Counted from the stretch's first letter, positions 24,847 through 37,096 are shown. The stretch is 64,000 nucleotides of DNA from Rhynchopus sp. YZ270_cl-10 (GCA_964035575.1 OZ037833.1:310001-374000); one strand, 5' to 3'. The notes: generated by a model from the letters alone, not told the origin. Made by a program: numbers and translations.

Positions 24847-27389
24847 CATAGCTGGTAAGCTAATAAAGCCTAATAGGATATTAGCCTAAATTATTAGCCT
24901 ATTTAAGCCTTATAGAATAGGCTAATAAAACTGGAATAGGCTAATATTTTATTAGCCTATTTTAGTCCTTCCCAGCTACCACTGGTGGTACAGTGGTAGC
25001 TGGCTTAACCCGTTAAACAAATCCGAAAAATCCAAAATTTAAGGCCAACTCCGTTACAGACACAACACAACTTATTTCCTTGCTTTCCGGCTTATTTATC
25101 GCACCGCAAAAGGTTTGTGTTTTTCACTGATGAACGTGAGTGAGCGTGCGCTATATCTGTGTATGTGATCGCAAGGAGGACGAGGCCGATTGCTGCGCGG
25201 TGGCACACCATTTCAGGGGTCCCCTCCAAGACAGCATCGGACCAATGGCGGTGGGTTCCTTGTGGATCCAGACGTTCTTCCGAATGACCTGTTGTTTTTG
25301 GTACGCCAGCTCAAGTCTCACCAGTTGGGGAATGTCCACGAGGTCGTCCCATTCGTAGGCCGAGTCGATGCGCCGCGCCACGTCGCTGATGAGGAGGAGG
25401 GAACGTCGGAGTGTGCACAGTCGTCCCCGATAGCAGAACGTCTGTCACAACACACTCCCAAATATGTGGTACAACACCCTCTCTGTGTAGACGCCAGACA
25501 GTACAGCATTCTAACGTAAACGGCTCGCGGGATTTGTCCACCCACTTTGGATCCATGCGGCATTGGGGATTGGTACCTATCATAAATTCCATGCCCAGAG
25601 CTCGGAAATGTTGCAGAGGCACTCCTCAGTACAATTCCACCCCCACAACTTTGCACCACTACAGGAACTGCCGGAATGACGCATGCACTGTTCTTGGGTT
25701 TGGCCTACCGCGAAGATGTTGTCGATCCGGGAGGCAAATTTGGTTTAGCTATCCCGTGAGTCGACTACTCCCCAAGATGAGGAGTTGTGGGATGTAGAGG
25801 AGGGCCTTGTGCATCATGCGCTCTTGGTTTCGTGCCGGCCCTCTCTACGTCTAAGATGGCATATAATAGGCTATTAGCCCTATATTAGCCTATTATAAGA
25901 CTCTTATATTAGGCTAATATAGGCTCTTTACAGGCTAATAATTTATTTTCCAAGCTAATATAGGCTAATAAAAGCTAATAATATACATAGCGCTCTAATT
26001 AGAGTATTAGGGTATAATTAGAGTCTGGGATTTTGGGCCAAGTCAGTTAGAGTCCAGTTAGAGTATAATTAGAGTCGCTTTTCTTCAATTAGACTATAAT
26101 TAGAGTGCAGTTAGAGCATAATTAGACTCTAACTACACTCTAATTATAGTCTAATTAGAGTAAAACAACAGGCTTCTTGTAGGTGCAAACGCCGTAAGGA
26201 ACCGGTTCCCCTAAGGTTCCTCTGTAGGACCCAGGTGCCCAGATACCCACATAGCTGAAAATAAGACTTGGGGAACCGAGTTCTCAGCCGGACTGGGACA
26301 CAATATGTGAAGGCGCTGTGGTCCGCCTGAAAGCGGGTCGGGGACCCGGTCGCGGGAGGGTGGGGGCCTAGTCCTAGTCCTACTGTACCTAGTACCCAGT
26401 GCCGGGACTCGGGACCCGGCTTATTCTCAGCTATGGGTACCCAGGTACTCAGACCCGCGCAGTGGCACATGCCCTCAAGTGTGTGTGCCCCATACATTAG
26501 GGAATGCGATGCAAAAACTCTATGTGCACCTCCGGTGCAACGCCGCAGACAGGCCAAGCAGCGTTGGACTCAGAGGAATGCCTGCTGTGCAGGTATCAAA
26601 CATGAGAAGCTCCCAGCAACAAGGGGCGCCTTTTGGCGGGCATTATTGAAGGTGTTTGGGGTGCAAAGTTTTCTACAAATGTTGATGCGCGGGTACAGAA
26701 GTGGTGTCTTGTTCTTTCATCTGTAGGAATGTAAATATCAATCGAATTTAACTACCACTAAGGGGTCGAAGGGGTAATCCCAGTATCAAAGGCTGTGTTG
26801 ACGGGAAATCTATAGCGAGCATACGTTCATTTCAGCCGAAGAAATACTACTTATGAACCCAGGAGAGATCCAAGCCTCGCGTTGAACAACTACCCGCGAT
26901 CGACAATACCAAAAGAGAATTCATAACAAAACAACACTGCCCCATACACACTAAATAGCCATGCTTCAAGTGCATGCCCCTGGGCCAAAATTCCTGTGCT
27001 AAAAAGACAACAAGACCATCCACAAGGAGTGTGAATTGTGCACTGGTTTTCTGGGGGAACAAACAATATTTTCTTGTGTCTGGTTCTCTGCAAGCAGAGA
27101 ACAGACTATCTGGATTACAAAGTCGAATTTCTTGCACTAGCTATGACCCCTGGGTTGATGGCTATAGCATTGATTGATGTGCCCCTCTTTATTGACCCTC
27201 TTATAGGACTCTAATTAGAGTCCAGTTAGAGTATTAGAGTTCAGTTAGAGTTTTAAAGACTCTAATTATACTCGAACTGCCGACTCTAATTATCTAGTTA
27301 GAGTCTAATTGGAGCGCTATGTATATAATAAAATCTGGGATTTTCCCGAAGGCTAATATTAGCCTATTCTTGTTAGCTTACCAGCTATG
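24847..27389. mobile_element. CATA-ended TIR element with TTATAA 6-bp flanks; hosts a nested element
   Basis: CATAGCTGGTAAGCTAA...TTAGCTTACCAGCTATG, many internal GGCTAATA/TATTAGCC subrepeats, TTATAA on both sides. Confidence 0.8.
25986..27321. mobile_element. Nested CATA-ended TIR element
   Basis: CATAGCGCTCTAATTAG...CTAATTGGAGCGCTATG with TAATTAGAG subrepeats; flanks AATATA/TATATA. Parts recur inverted at ~60290-60550 and ~60740-60850. Confidence 0.75.
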
Positions 27390-28035
27390 TTATAATGGGT
27401 ATTCTGTTGACGTTTTAAAGCAGGACATAAGGTAGTGTTCTTTGTACTACTAAGACATCTCAAGAACCCATGTGTTTTTTTTTTATTGAGGATAGGTTGG
27501 TTTGTCTTACGTTGTGGATCGAGGGGAGAAAAAAATAGTAGTTTACCATGCAAATGCCTTCACCGGACAGCCGGCCAACGCTGGCACAACAAAAAAAAAT
27601 CCACCGTTTCTAAAGAAAAAAGACGAGCAAGAGAGAAAAATTCTGTACAAATAAAAGTACATCATTTTATTCTTGAAAAAAAAAAATCGTCAGTTAAAAA
27701 AACAAAATATGTTAGGCTGGTTAGCGGATTTTTGCGTAATTTTTTTTAAAATCAAAACAGTTAGAACAGGATCTCACCTCGCCCTCTTTTCCATCATCCC
27801 CCCTAGTTTTTTTTCTTAGGGGTTCAGCAAAAAGGCTCTCTCTGAGACTCACAAGAAGACCCCAACCCGAAGGAGCGATACCTGAGGACATAAAACACAA
27901 CTTCACGAGCCCTCCTCCCCCCTCCAACTATTTTTTTAAAAAAACAATTTGTAATAGGTTAGCGAGACGGTGCCCTTTTTTCCTTCCCGGTTATTTTTAA
28001 TACATCAACTTTTTAGGTTCCTTCATCCCTCCACC

Positions 28036-28611
28036 TCACATGTATCCTCCGTACGCTCTCTTCGGCTCCTGAACGAGCTTGCGGTTCTTCTCGAGGAGGG
28101 TGACGGTGTGAGCGACGACACGGGTCATGAATAGGTAGCTGTCTGAGACGAGGGTGGTGAAGGAGGCGGTGGTAGCAGCGAGCTGTCTCTCGTCAAGGTC
28201 CTTCGGGTAGGTGTCGGGGCGGTCCTTGTTCTCCTTGTGGAGTGCTGCAAGGGCGGCAAGGAAAGCCTTGTGCGAGGTGATGACTCCTGCCTCCTCAGGC
28301 TTGCCAGAGCCACGCAGCTTTGCTGCGTATCCTGAAAGGGTGCCGGCAACGTTTGCCTGCACCTCTGTCCCAAAGTTGTCCTCGTTCTCCTGCTTGGGCA
28401 CCAAGCGCAGAATGCTGAGCCCTGCCGCCTCCAGCTGCCTCGCCAGGTCCAGACGGGCCACGTCGTACTCCTTCAGGTTCGCGTCGTTCACACCGTCCTT
28501 AAGAACGGAGGCGGACGCGGCGAGGTACTTGGTGCCGTTGTCGGCAGCGTTGTCGCAGAAGACCTGCATGGCGTTGTCGTGGGTCGAGAGGAAGTCGGCG
28601 AAGGTGGACAT
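28036..28611 (-). CDS. 11S proteasome activator, PA26/PA28 family (191 aa)
   Basis: Activation-loop motif LVPKQENEDNFGTEVQ (cf. PA28 IPxIEDGNNFGVxxQ and trypanosome PA26 EEDNLGV) and C-terminal KNRKLVQEPKR tail; helical protein with strong codon bias. Confidence 0.8.
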   Translation of the reverse strand: MSTFADFLSTHDNAMQVFCDNAADNGTKYLAASASVLKDGVNDANLKEYDVARLDLARQLEAAGLSILRLVPKQENEDNFGTEVQANVAGTLSGYAAKLRGSGKPEEAGVITSHKAFLAALAALHKENKDRPDTYPKDLDERQLAATTASFTTLVSDSYLFMTRVVAHTVTLLEKNRKLVQEPKRAYGGYM

Positions 28612-30140
28612 CTTGAGTGGTGGTGGTTGGAGGAGGTGGTATATCTGTTATTGGAGTACAGTTTTCTGTGAAAGAGAAACGTTGAAAGTGGGAAAGTGCA
28701 TTAAAAAAAAGTGAAGTTATTGATGCAGGCTGCAGGCACCTCCGACTGACCCACGAAAAAAAAAGCAGTGCATACGTGGGTCGCTTTTTTTTGGATATCG
28801 AAAATCCCAGAGTATGAACTGCATTGGCATGAAAACAATGGGGGTAGGGGGGGGTAGGGGGGTCCACGTAGAAGGAATTCCTTAAGGATTTGCTGTCCAA
28901 AACCATTTTTTTGAAATTTAGGTGAAGAAATCCACTAAAAAGGTCGTACCTGGGCGCAAATCGCCCTGGGGATCACCCAAATATCCCAATAAACCACCTG
29001 ACAACCTCTACAGAGACTTTCCCGACTAAAAAAAATTGATTTTTTTGTGAAAAACCCCTCAAAATACCGTCACGCTCGCGTCACACTTTGTGGCAAAATG
29101 CAACACTTGACAAAAAAATTCTCCGATCATATAAAACTCCATCTAAAGACCCGAAAAACACCTCGGTCCACCTCCTCTGGGTTCCCGAGGTGGTAATATA
29201 TAGTTTTACAGCTTTTTGGGGGTCCTGTGTGGGTCCCAGATGCATTTTTCAGTGTGAGTGTGTGCCTCGAAAGCTTAAACATAGCCCCTCCTTCAAACAT
29301 AGCCCGTCCTGAAAACCCCAAAAAAAGTAATATGACAGTCGTCATAGTGTCAAAATACCCCAGGAAATGACTCCCAGACCTCATGTGGGGTGAAAAATAG
29401 CATTTGGGACACTCGGTAGGCTTTTTTGGGCCATGAAATGGCATGCAACGGGTATGAGCCGGCTATGCAACACTTTGCAACACTTACTCCCGGCTAAAAA
29501 CGGTTAGAAAACACGATTTTTTCATCAAAAAAAACTGATGTAAATTCAAAACACCCAAAAACCACCCCAGCCCACCTCCGCTGGGGTCCCGAGGTGGAAA
29601 TGTGTGGTTTTTGCAGCTTTTTGGGGTCCTTGGGTGTATTTTTGGGGATGTGTATGTGTCTGCAACGCTTAAACTACCCGTATACCCCCCTTTTTGACAT
29701 TTTCGCACTCTAAAGCCCAAAAAGTCAGAAAAAAATAAAAATTGGTGCTCAGAAGTGCATTTTTCGTAATTTTGGGTGGTTTTCGGGTGGTTTCGGGGGG
29801 GTTTTGGGTGGTTTTGAGTGTTTTTTCGGGGGTTTTCTTCAAAAAAAGCGGTTTTGGACAGCAAAAACGGCCGGACGGACCCCCCTAGTAGGGGGGGGGG
29901 GGCTATAAAGGGAAGGTAGGTAAAGGGAAAATGGTTGGTTCTCTCTGGTTTTTTTTTCTTTTTTCGTTTGCTGTTCAAAGAAATGAGGACAACACCTTTG
30001 ATGACTGAACGGAAAAAAAAAAGTTGGCTGAAATCAAAGTAGAGTTGAAATACAAAGCCCTCTCGTGACAATGTACCTTGGTACAATGACCGGCTGTACA
30101 AGGTACCAACCAAAAGCGTGCAGAGGGAGAAGAACGTGAG

Positions 30141-31100
30141 CTAGTTTGTCAGCGTCGCCATTTCTTCTACTCTTTTGCGTAGAACGTCGCTGCAATCGTG
30201 CCTTCCGTGCACAGTATGCAATGATGGGCACATTAGGAAGCCGTCCCTCACAGCGGTGACTGCTTTCATGCCGGTAAGGTCAACAGTCGACACCGCTGTG
30301 CAACCAGCGAGGAATCCGTACCCAATCGAGGTCACTGCTTGCAGTCCTGAGAGGTCAACAGTCGATAACCCTCTGCAGTTAGCGAGGAAGCCGTCCCCAA
30401 TCGAAGTGACTGCTTCCAGGCCTGTGAGGTTAACCGTCAACAACCCTGCGCAGCCAGATAGGAAGCCGTTCCCGATCAAAGTGACTGCTTGCATGCCTGT
30501 AAAGTTAACTGTTGATAGCGTGGTGCAAAGAGCTAGGAAGTTGTGCCCAATCGAAGTGACTGCTTGCAGGCCTGTGAGGTCAACAGTCGACAACATCTTG
30601 CAACCAGTTAGGAACGAGTGCCCAATGGCGGTGACGAAGGGCAATTTGGGTAGGTCCAGTATGGTGTCGCAGTGAGGAAGGGAAGTGTCACGAATGTCAT
30701 CCACAATCGACACGCAACTGGAACCAATGCACGTTACTGTAGCAGACTGAGTGAAGAAGCAATCTGGAATCTCAGTCACAACTTCTGCCTGCAGAAGCAA
30801 GGAAGCCACCTTCGGATCGGTCACCTCCTTCAACCTTTCATCTGTGATGTTGGTCTCACCCAGTGCATGAAGTGCTGCTATGGCCTCGTATTTCGTCGTT
30901 TTCGTCAGTACTACTTTGTCCCCAGCACTCAGTTCTGTGATGTCCTCCCCTTCCTCCTTCCCTCCGAAGCCCATATGAAAGCTGTCTTCGGCCAACCCCG
31001 TTGCTGTCGCCACCTTCCGACGCAGGGCCTCCGTTGTGTCATCCTCACCCACCTCAATCACAAAGTCCTCCTTCCCAAAACATTGCACAGACAGTTCCAT
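30141..31100 (-). CDS. Ubiquitin-like + LRR (BspA-like) protein, copy 3, ~5-6 repeats
   Basis: ATG 31100 (MELSVQCFGKEDFVIEVGEDD...). Shares the UBL/linker DNA with copies 1-2 but has different LRRs and a different C-terminal cap. Confidence 0.85.
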   Translation of the reverse strand: MELSVQCFGKEDFVIEVGEDDTTEALRRKVATATGLAEDSFHMGFGGKEEGEDITELSAGDKVVLTKTTKYEAIAALHALGETNITDERLKEVTDPKVASLLLQAEVVTEIPDCFFTQSATVTCIGSSCVSIVDDIRDTSLPHCDTILDLPKLPFVTAIGHSFLTGCKMLSTVDLTGLQAVTSIGHNFLALCTTLSTVNFTGMQAVTLIGNGFLSGCAGLLTVNLTGLEAVTSIGDGFLANCRGLSTVDLSGLQAVTSIGYGFLAGCTAVSTVDLTGMKAVTAVRDGFLMCPSLHTVHGRHDCSDVLRKRVEEMATLTN

Positions 31101-32329
31101 GTTTGCGCGACACTCTGTTTTGTGGTGTCGTGCATTTGCAGCTGGGGAAGGGGAAGTGTGATTTGTGTGTCTACAGTCGTGCCCTGTAGAGCAGATTTTG
31201 AAAGATTGAAAGATTTTAGTGCAGATTTTGAAAAAATTGATTGTTTCCAGCACACGCGGACCGTGTCAGTGTGTGATGGTTTATGATTATTGACTGAAGT
31301 ACAGAAAACGGGAGTGTCGGTGGCAGAGCACAAAAGAGTAAAATGAAAACACATCGGGTGGGGTCTCTGATCTATCTTGTGCGGCGTATATATTTCCCCT
31401 AACACACCATGTTTGGCCAGGGCCTCTCCAGCGTGTCAGTTGCAAAAAAAATAAAATTAAAGCAGGGAGAATCTATTTTGTTAGTTTATAATTATATCCT
31501 TAGGGAGGGGGAGAGGTGAACCTGACAGAAGAAAAAAAAGAAGGAAAAATACAACTCTGCAAGATGCGTGTGAAAGGTGACACATACATCTTACACAAAA
31601 AGAAGTAAATGTGAACCGCATATTGAGACGCTGGAAAGCGCCAAAATTGCGTTTTTTTTTTTACTTCTCTCTCTACTGTGATATTGTGGGAAACGAAACC
31701 AAAACTTTTTGTTTGATTTCATATACTTTCACATCAAAGAAGAGAAAAGCAGAGGACACCCCCCCCGGCAAGGTGACCACTCGACCACGTAGGCGACCAT
31801 GAAAAGACCTACCTCAACCTTGCCCCGATATTTTTGAAAAATGGCCCCACGTATTAGTGACCGGGCTCATATTTCTCAAAATTTAAGTAGTCAAAAAATT
31901 GTCCAATTTTCGAGATTGACCCCACCACTGCACGGGCGGAGCCCAAAAATGCAAATAAGGACCCTTTTCCAGAACCTTCCTTCACCCCCCCCTGTAAGGG
32001 TAACCGAAAGTGAAGTCAATATTACAAACCCGGATTTTGAGGAAATTTTGGGCCGAAAATCGGCCCCAGCTATTAGTGACCGGGCTCACATTGTCCAAAA
32101 TTTAAGTCGTCAAAATTTTGTCCATTTTTCCAGATTGACCCCACCACTGACTGGGATTGGCTCAAAAATGCAAATAACAGCGTTTTTCGCCTGTATTGTT
32201 TATTACGAAACCCCGTGCAGACTTGCATTTAATTAATTACTTACCCGACCCCCCAATCCTTAGTCTGCAGACTGCCCTCCCCCCCTGAGTCACCCCCTCC
32301 CCCCTTTCTCGGTGATTGCACACTTTTTT

Positions 32330-32956
32330 TTACTCCGGCACCTCAGGGGTCTTTGGTATAGCGTTTTCTTCGCCGTCTGAGTCTGAATCTGAGAGCTCTG
32401 GGAAGACCCCACAGTAGCCTGCAAGCAGACGGCGCTCCTCGCTCTCCTTAACTGCGTGGTCTGCGAGGGCCCTTGCGTCTTGCGGGTCGAGCCTGCCGAG
32501 GAGCGAGACGAAGTCTCTCGCCAACGCTGCGTCAGCTTCCTCTAGGTGAGACATATCTGTACCCCCATCCAAGGGGCGGGTCGAATCGCGGATCCTCAGC
32601 GGTCTCTTTTGCGACCAGCTCGAACCCGACCCAGCAGTCCCCGGGCGTTGTTGGGAGTTCCCACCTGGTGTTCCGGCCATCTGCCGTTTCTTCCGTTCAT
32701 CGTGCCCCCAAGGGGGCTTCACGTTGACCACAGGTTTAATTGTTTTCATTCTCGTCTTATGTGTGCTTCGTTCCGCCAACACCAAAATACGCCCTCCAAT
32801 GTTTTCCAAATTAACCTGCAAAACACCGCCGCTCTTCCTCAGGCTCATCCCCTGTTGAGGCCGGATGTAAGGACTCCGTCGGTCCGCATCGCGTGGTGCG
32901 GGTTGCTGCTGTGTAGGGGTTTGTTGGGTGACGGCAACATCTCCGGAGCCCTGCAT
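32330..32956 (-). CDS. Hypothetical protein (208 aa)
   Basis: ORF coincides exactly with a GC-rich island between low-complexity flanks; the ATG follows an A-run. No family recognised. Confidence 0.65.
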   Translation of the reverse strand: MQGSGDVAVTQQTPTQQQPAPRDADRRSPYIRPQQGMSLRKSGGVLQVNLENIGGRILVLAERSTHKTRMKTIKPVVNVKPPWGHDERKKRQMAGTPGGNSQQRPGTAGSGSSWSQKRPLRIRDSTRPLDGGTDMSHLEEADAALARDFVSLLGRLDPQDARALADHAVKESEERRLLAGYCGVFPELSDSDSDGEENAIPKTPEVPE

Positions 32957-34371
32957 TTTTTTTTTTTTTGAAAAAAAAACAAAAAGAGAACAAGAAAGAT
33001 AAAAAGAGAGAGAGAGTGTGTGTTAAAGAGAAGGGGGATGGGGTAGGTTTTGGTGCTGCATAAGGAGTGGTGATTTATTTTTGATAAATTGTTTGGAGTA
33101 GTGTTAGTTGTCGGCTGTGTTGCCACAGTTTGTGCAATCTCCACTGTCATGTTTTTTGGGGAGCTGGAGGAGGAGGGCTAGGGGGAAAGTGTGTTGTGGT
33201 ATCACAAATGGGTTGGCCTGTCAGGCAAATGAGACGATGTGATGTCCTTTGCACATTGAAATACAAAGCCTTCTTGTGATAACGTACCTTTGGTACATTA
33301 CTGTACCGGGGGGTGGACCCCATGCAGTCCCAACATCCATTTTGTGGTTTACATCTGAAAGACAGAGAGGCCTTTTTTATTTTGTTTGTACCGTGGTTTT
33401 TGCTTGGTTTTGTTTTTGTTTTTGTTTTTGTTTTTGTTTTTTTGCATTTCCCGTATTTTTTTGTTTGTTCTATATATATTTTTTTTTGGTTTTTGGCTTA
33501 GCTAAAAGCCGCGTATTGGTTTTTGAAGTAAAGTACGATGGTGGGGAGAGGTTGGGAGGAGGAAACAATAAGGAATACGAAGGAACCCTCATTTTCTTCT
33601 TCTCCCTGAATCGCCACCTGATTTTTACTCCCGCGAAAAGGTGCGTACAGGCCACGTACAGGCGCGTATACGGCCCTATACGCGCCTCGCGGGGTAAAAA
33701 TAAGGTGAGATAACCCCCTTTTATAGAAAAAAAAAAAAACATCTGGAAAAAAAGATAAACGGGAGTGTCACAGTTTCAACCAAAATATAAAATATGTGGG
33801 TGCACACCAAAAAGAAAAGTGAAGTTGAAAGAGCGCAACCACCGAAAAAAAAAAAACGAAGATGAAAGATCCCTGAGTGTCACAGAACACACATATTATC
33901 CTTCATTTAAAAAGAAAAGAAAAAGGGGGGAAAAAAACGCACACAACAAACACTCAGAACAAAAAAATATAAAACACGTTATGGTATTCGCTCACCCTAA
34001 TTGTTGAGACAATAAATCATTTGTATAGTAATATCGCAAAATATCCCTTTTTTTATTCTCACCCTGTCAAGAAAATTTCCATTTTTTTAAATTTTGAAAC
34101 TTTTTTGGATCCTCAAAAAGAAACAACGCACATGCACACGGGGAGGCCTTACTTTTTTTCTTCTTCTTTTTCTTTTCCAAAAAACTTTTCCGTTTCAGTT
34201 TCATCGACAATCACCCCCTCAGAGTTTTTGTTCATTTCTTCTAAAAAGACGCAAATCTCATTTTTTCAAAAACGAATTTAATAAAAATTCATTTTTGAAA
34301 TCCTCCGGATCATATCTCCACTACGGATTCCTTTTTTTTTTTTTTTTTTTTTTTTTTGAAAAAATTTTTTT

Positions 34372-35852
34372 TTAAATCAACATTCTAGGTCCTCTGTTTG
34401 CGGGTGCCTTCGGCTTTGGCTTTTCTTCCTCTTCGGGTTCTTCTTCGACAGGGGCAAGCGCGCTGTCGAGCTCTGCTGTTGTGATGTCGCATGCTTCGGA
34501 GAACTCGAGACGCTTTGCGAAGTCGCAGCCAGCTTCGACGGCGTGCTCGAAGCAGGCAGACTTGCTGGACGCGTACAGCATGCGCTTCTTCACTGGGCAC
34601 TGATCCGACGCGAAGTACACGAACATATGTTTATCCTCCCCATCGTGCTTATGGATGAACCCAATAAAGCGGGACTCCTTCCCCAGCTTCGCCGCCACAT
34701 CCTCGATCTTCCCCTCCGCAAGCGTGGTGTCAAGCAAAAACTTCTCACTCTCATTCTTGATCACTACTGCCCGCAGTTCGCCCTTTGCAAGCTTCTCCAG
34801 AGCCTCCTTCGCGTCAGCCTCGATGGGGAAGGAGATTGTGTGTGCCGACGTTCTCGGTGCAGCAATGCGTTCGGTCACCTCCTTGTCGTGTGCGGTGTTC
34901 GCCTCCTGAAGGCTCTTTTCCTTCGAGGACATAACATCGGTGTTGTCAACACGACCCTTCTTCTTCGCAACAGTCTCGTCAAGCGTCTTCCATTCGATCT
35001 GATGAGGGGTTTTTATGAATTTTTTGTGTATATTTTTCCTCTTTGAAAAATTCGATAAAGTGTAGACTGATTGAGGGGCTTTTTTTACGCAGTTTCGTCA
35101 CTTTTTTTTTTGGTTTTTTTTTGTTATTATTCGATTAAGTGCAGACACCTGAGGATGCTCCATTTTACACTAAACGCTTTACAACAACTGCTGAACATGA
35201 TGAGGTCTCTCCTGTGTGAGATGGCTCACTGATGACTATTTGTTGCTCTCGGACCATCAGATAGGAGGGGGGGGTTTTTTTTTTTGGGTGTGTTTTGTTC
35301 CTTGGGTTTTTGTTGCAAAAAATTCCCCAGGCATACCTCATCCTTCTCGGTGATGCGCACGTCGCCAATGCACATTGCCCCAAGACGGTTCTTCAAGCTG
35401 GGAAGGCTCGAGGAGTACTGCATTCGTTGCTTGACCTGTGTGGTAATGTGTGTTTTGATAGATAAATTGTTGGAGTGGCCGCCTGGTTGTGTTGCCACAG
35501 TTTGTGCAATCTCCACTTTTGTTGAAAACCTACCCGTAGGGTTACTCAAATTCTGTGTATAATGTTTTTGCTTCAAAAATACCTTCGAGGTGTCAGGGAT
35601 GTACGCAAGCACGACCCATTCGTTGTCGTCTGTTGCGTTGATGAGGCCGTAGAAGGGCTCGTTCTCCGAGGCCTCTGCCTGCAGCTTTTTCAAGTCTTCT
35701 GCTCCGTCGTCGGTAGCCTTGCCGGAACCATCATGCACAAGCTTCTCGTCCTTTATCAAGATGCGGATCCACCGTGTCCCCTTGTCCGCCTTCTTGTCCG
35801 CCAGCTCCTTCTCCAGAGCAGGCTCCATCGCGAATTCCATCATCATCGCCAT
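34372..35852 (-). CDS. TWF: Twinfilin (two ADF-H domains, 331 aa); exons 35852-35583, 35435-35337, 34998-34372
   Basis: Two cofilin-like motifs (YIPDTSKVKQRMQYSSS and SDQCPVKKRMLYASSK) plus basic tail KPKAPANRGPR. Two phase-0 GT-AG introns (147 and 338 nt) give a continuous frame. Confidence 0.9.
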
Positions 35853-36461
35853 TGTTGCTTTGTGTGCACTCTGGGAGGGAATTTTTTATTTATAAAAACA
35901 CGATGTAATCTGTAGTGGTCAAAGGTGCGCTTCGCTCGCGGAAAAACTACTCCCCAAAAAATTTTTCCTCTCGCTTCACTCGCGGAAGAACTACTCCCAA
36001 TACTTTTCCCCCGCGCGCTTCCCCCGCGCGCACTCTGGGGGGGAGGGGTGCACATAGAGAGAGGACTCGAGGAGAATTGCTGGGAAGCACCCAGACCTGA
36101 AAATTGTGCAGCATCGTGGTCGATGCTGAAAGCCTCAATGCTCGCTGAGGCGAAGAGGAACGCGGGGGGGCAGTAAAGGACGACACCACGAGACATAGGT
36201 CCTCGTTGTGCATCTGCCACTGAACATCTGCTATTGAACGACCTGATAGAAGAGCACACGAAGAACAAAAAATGGGTATACAACCGCTGCTCAGGGTTTG
36301 GACGCATACTGTGGTTTCTGCGGTTCGCAACAGCGAAAACCTCCACAAAATGGTGAGTTGCATGAGATGATACCGGGCAAACCCAGCCATGATGGTGCAG
36401 AAGCCCATTCGGTCTGTAAAATCTGTACCTCTGTATGCCTACAACATAGAGAAGCCGCTTC

Positions 36462-37096
36462 CAGGGTATTAGGGTGGTTAAAAAAACTGGTTTTGAAAAC
36501 CAGTTTTTCCAAAAACTGGTTTTCAAAAAAAAAAAAAAACAGAGAAATCTGGAGGGGAAAAAAAAACCGACACTTTTCACCAGGCCTTTCTGTAAATGTC
36601 GTCCCCAGATTAGGGCGAACTCGATTTTTTTCCCCACATCTTTTCCCCGCCTGGTAGAACCGTGGTTGAACCACGGGAGTGCCTTTGGGAAATGGCTGTT
36701 CCTTGATTTTTTTTTGCCTGCGGCGCCATTTTTTATTTTTTGCTCCGCAAAAAAGGGTTCGTTTGAGTGGCTATGTGGTGTAAAAAGCTAGATTTTTACA
36801 GCGTACCCTCAAAAATTTTCGCCTGCGGCGCCATTTTATATTATTTTTTTGCCCCGCAAAAAAAAAAGACAGTCCCTATGTTCCCAATGTCTACCCTGGG
36901 TAGCAGCGCCGAAAAATATTTTGAAAGCTGGATTCCTGGATAAGACACTGACCCCACCCCCGAAAAACCCGAAAAAGGTGACTGTGTCCGTCAACGGTGG
37001 AGGTTTTCCCCGGAAACACTAGTTTTCGCCACCCAGGAGAGAAAACCAGAAAAACCAGTTTTTTCCGGAATTTTGGATTTTCACCCTAATACCCTG
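36462..37096. mobile_element. hAT-type MITE (CAG ends, 8-bp TSD GAGAAGCC)
   Basis: CAGGGTATTAGGGTG...CACCCTAATACCCTG; GAGAAGCC at 36449-36456 and 37097-37104. Internal parts recur at ~3970-4330 and inverted at ~60120-60250. Confidence 0.75.

Noticed and set aside
25151..27137. Short ORFs inside the nested CATA elements
   Set aside because: Fragmented, with no transposase or other motif recognisable by eye.
31290..31312. Spliced-leader-like GTTTTCTGTACTT upstream of LRR copy 3
   Set aside because: Only ~12 nt of similarity; the rest of a spliced-leader exon is absent.
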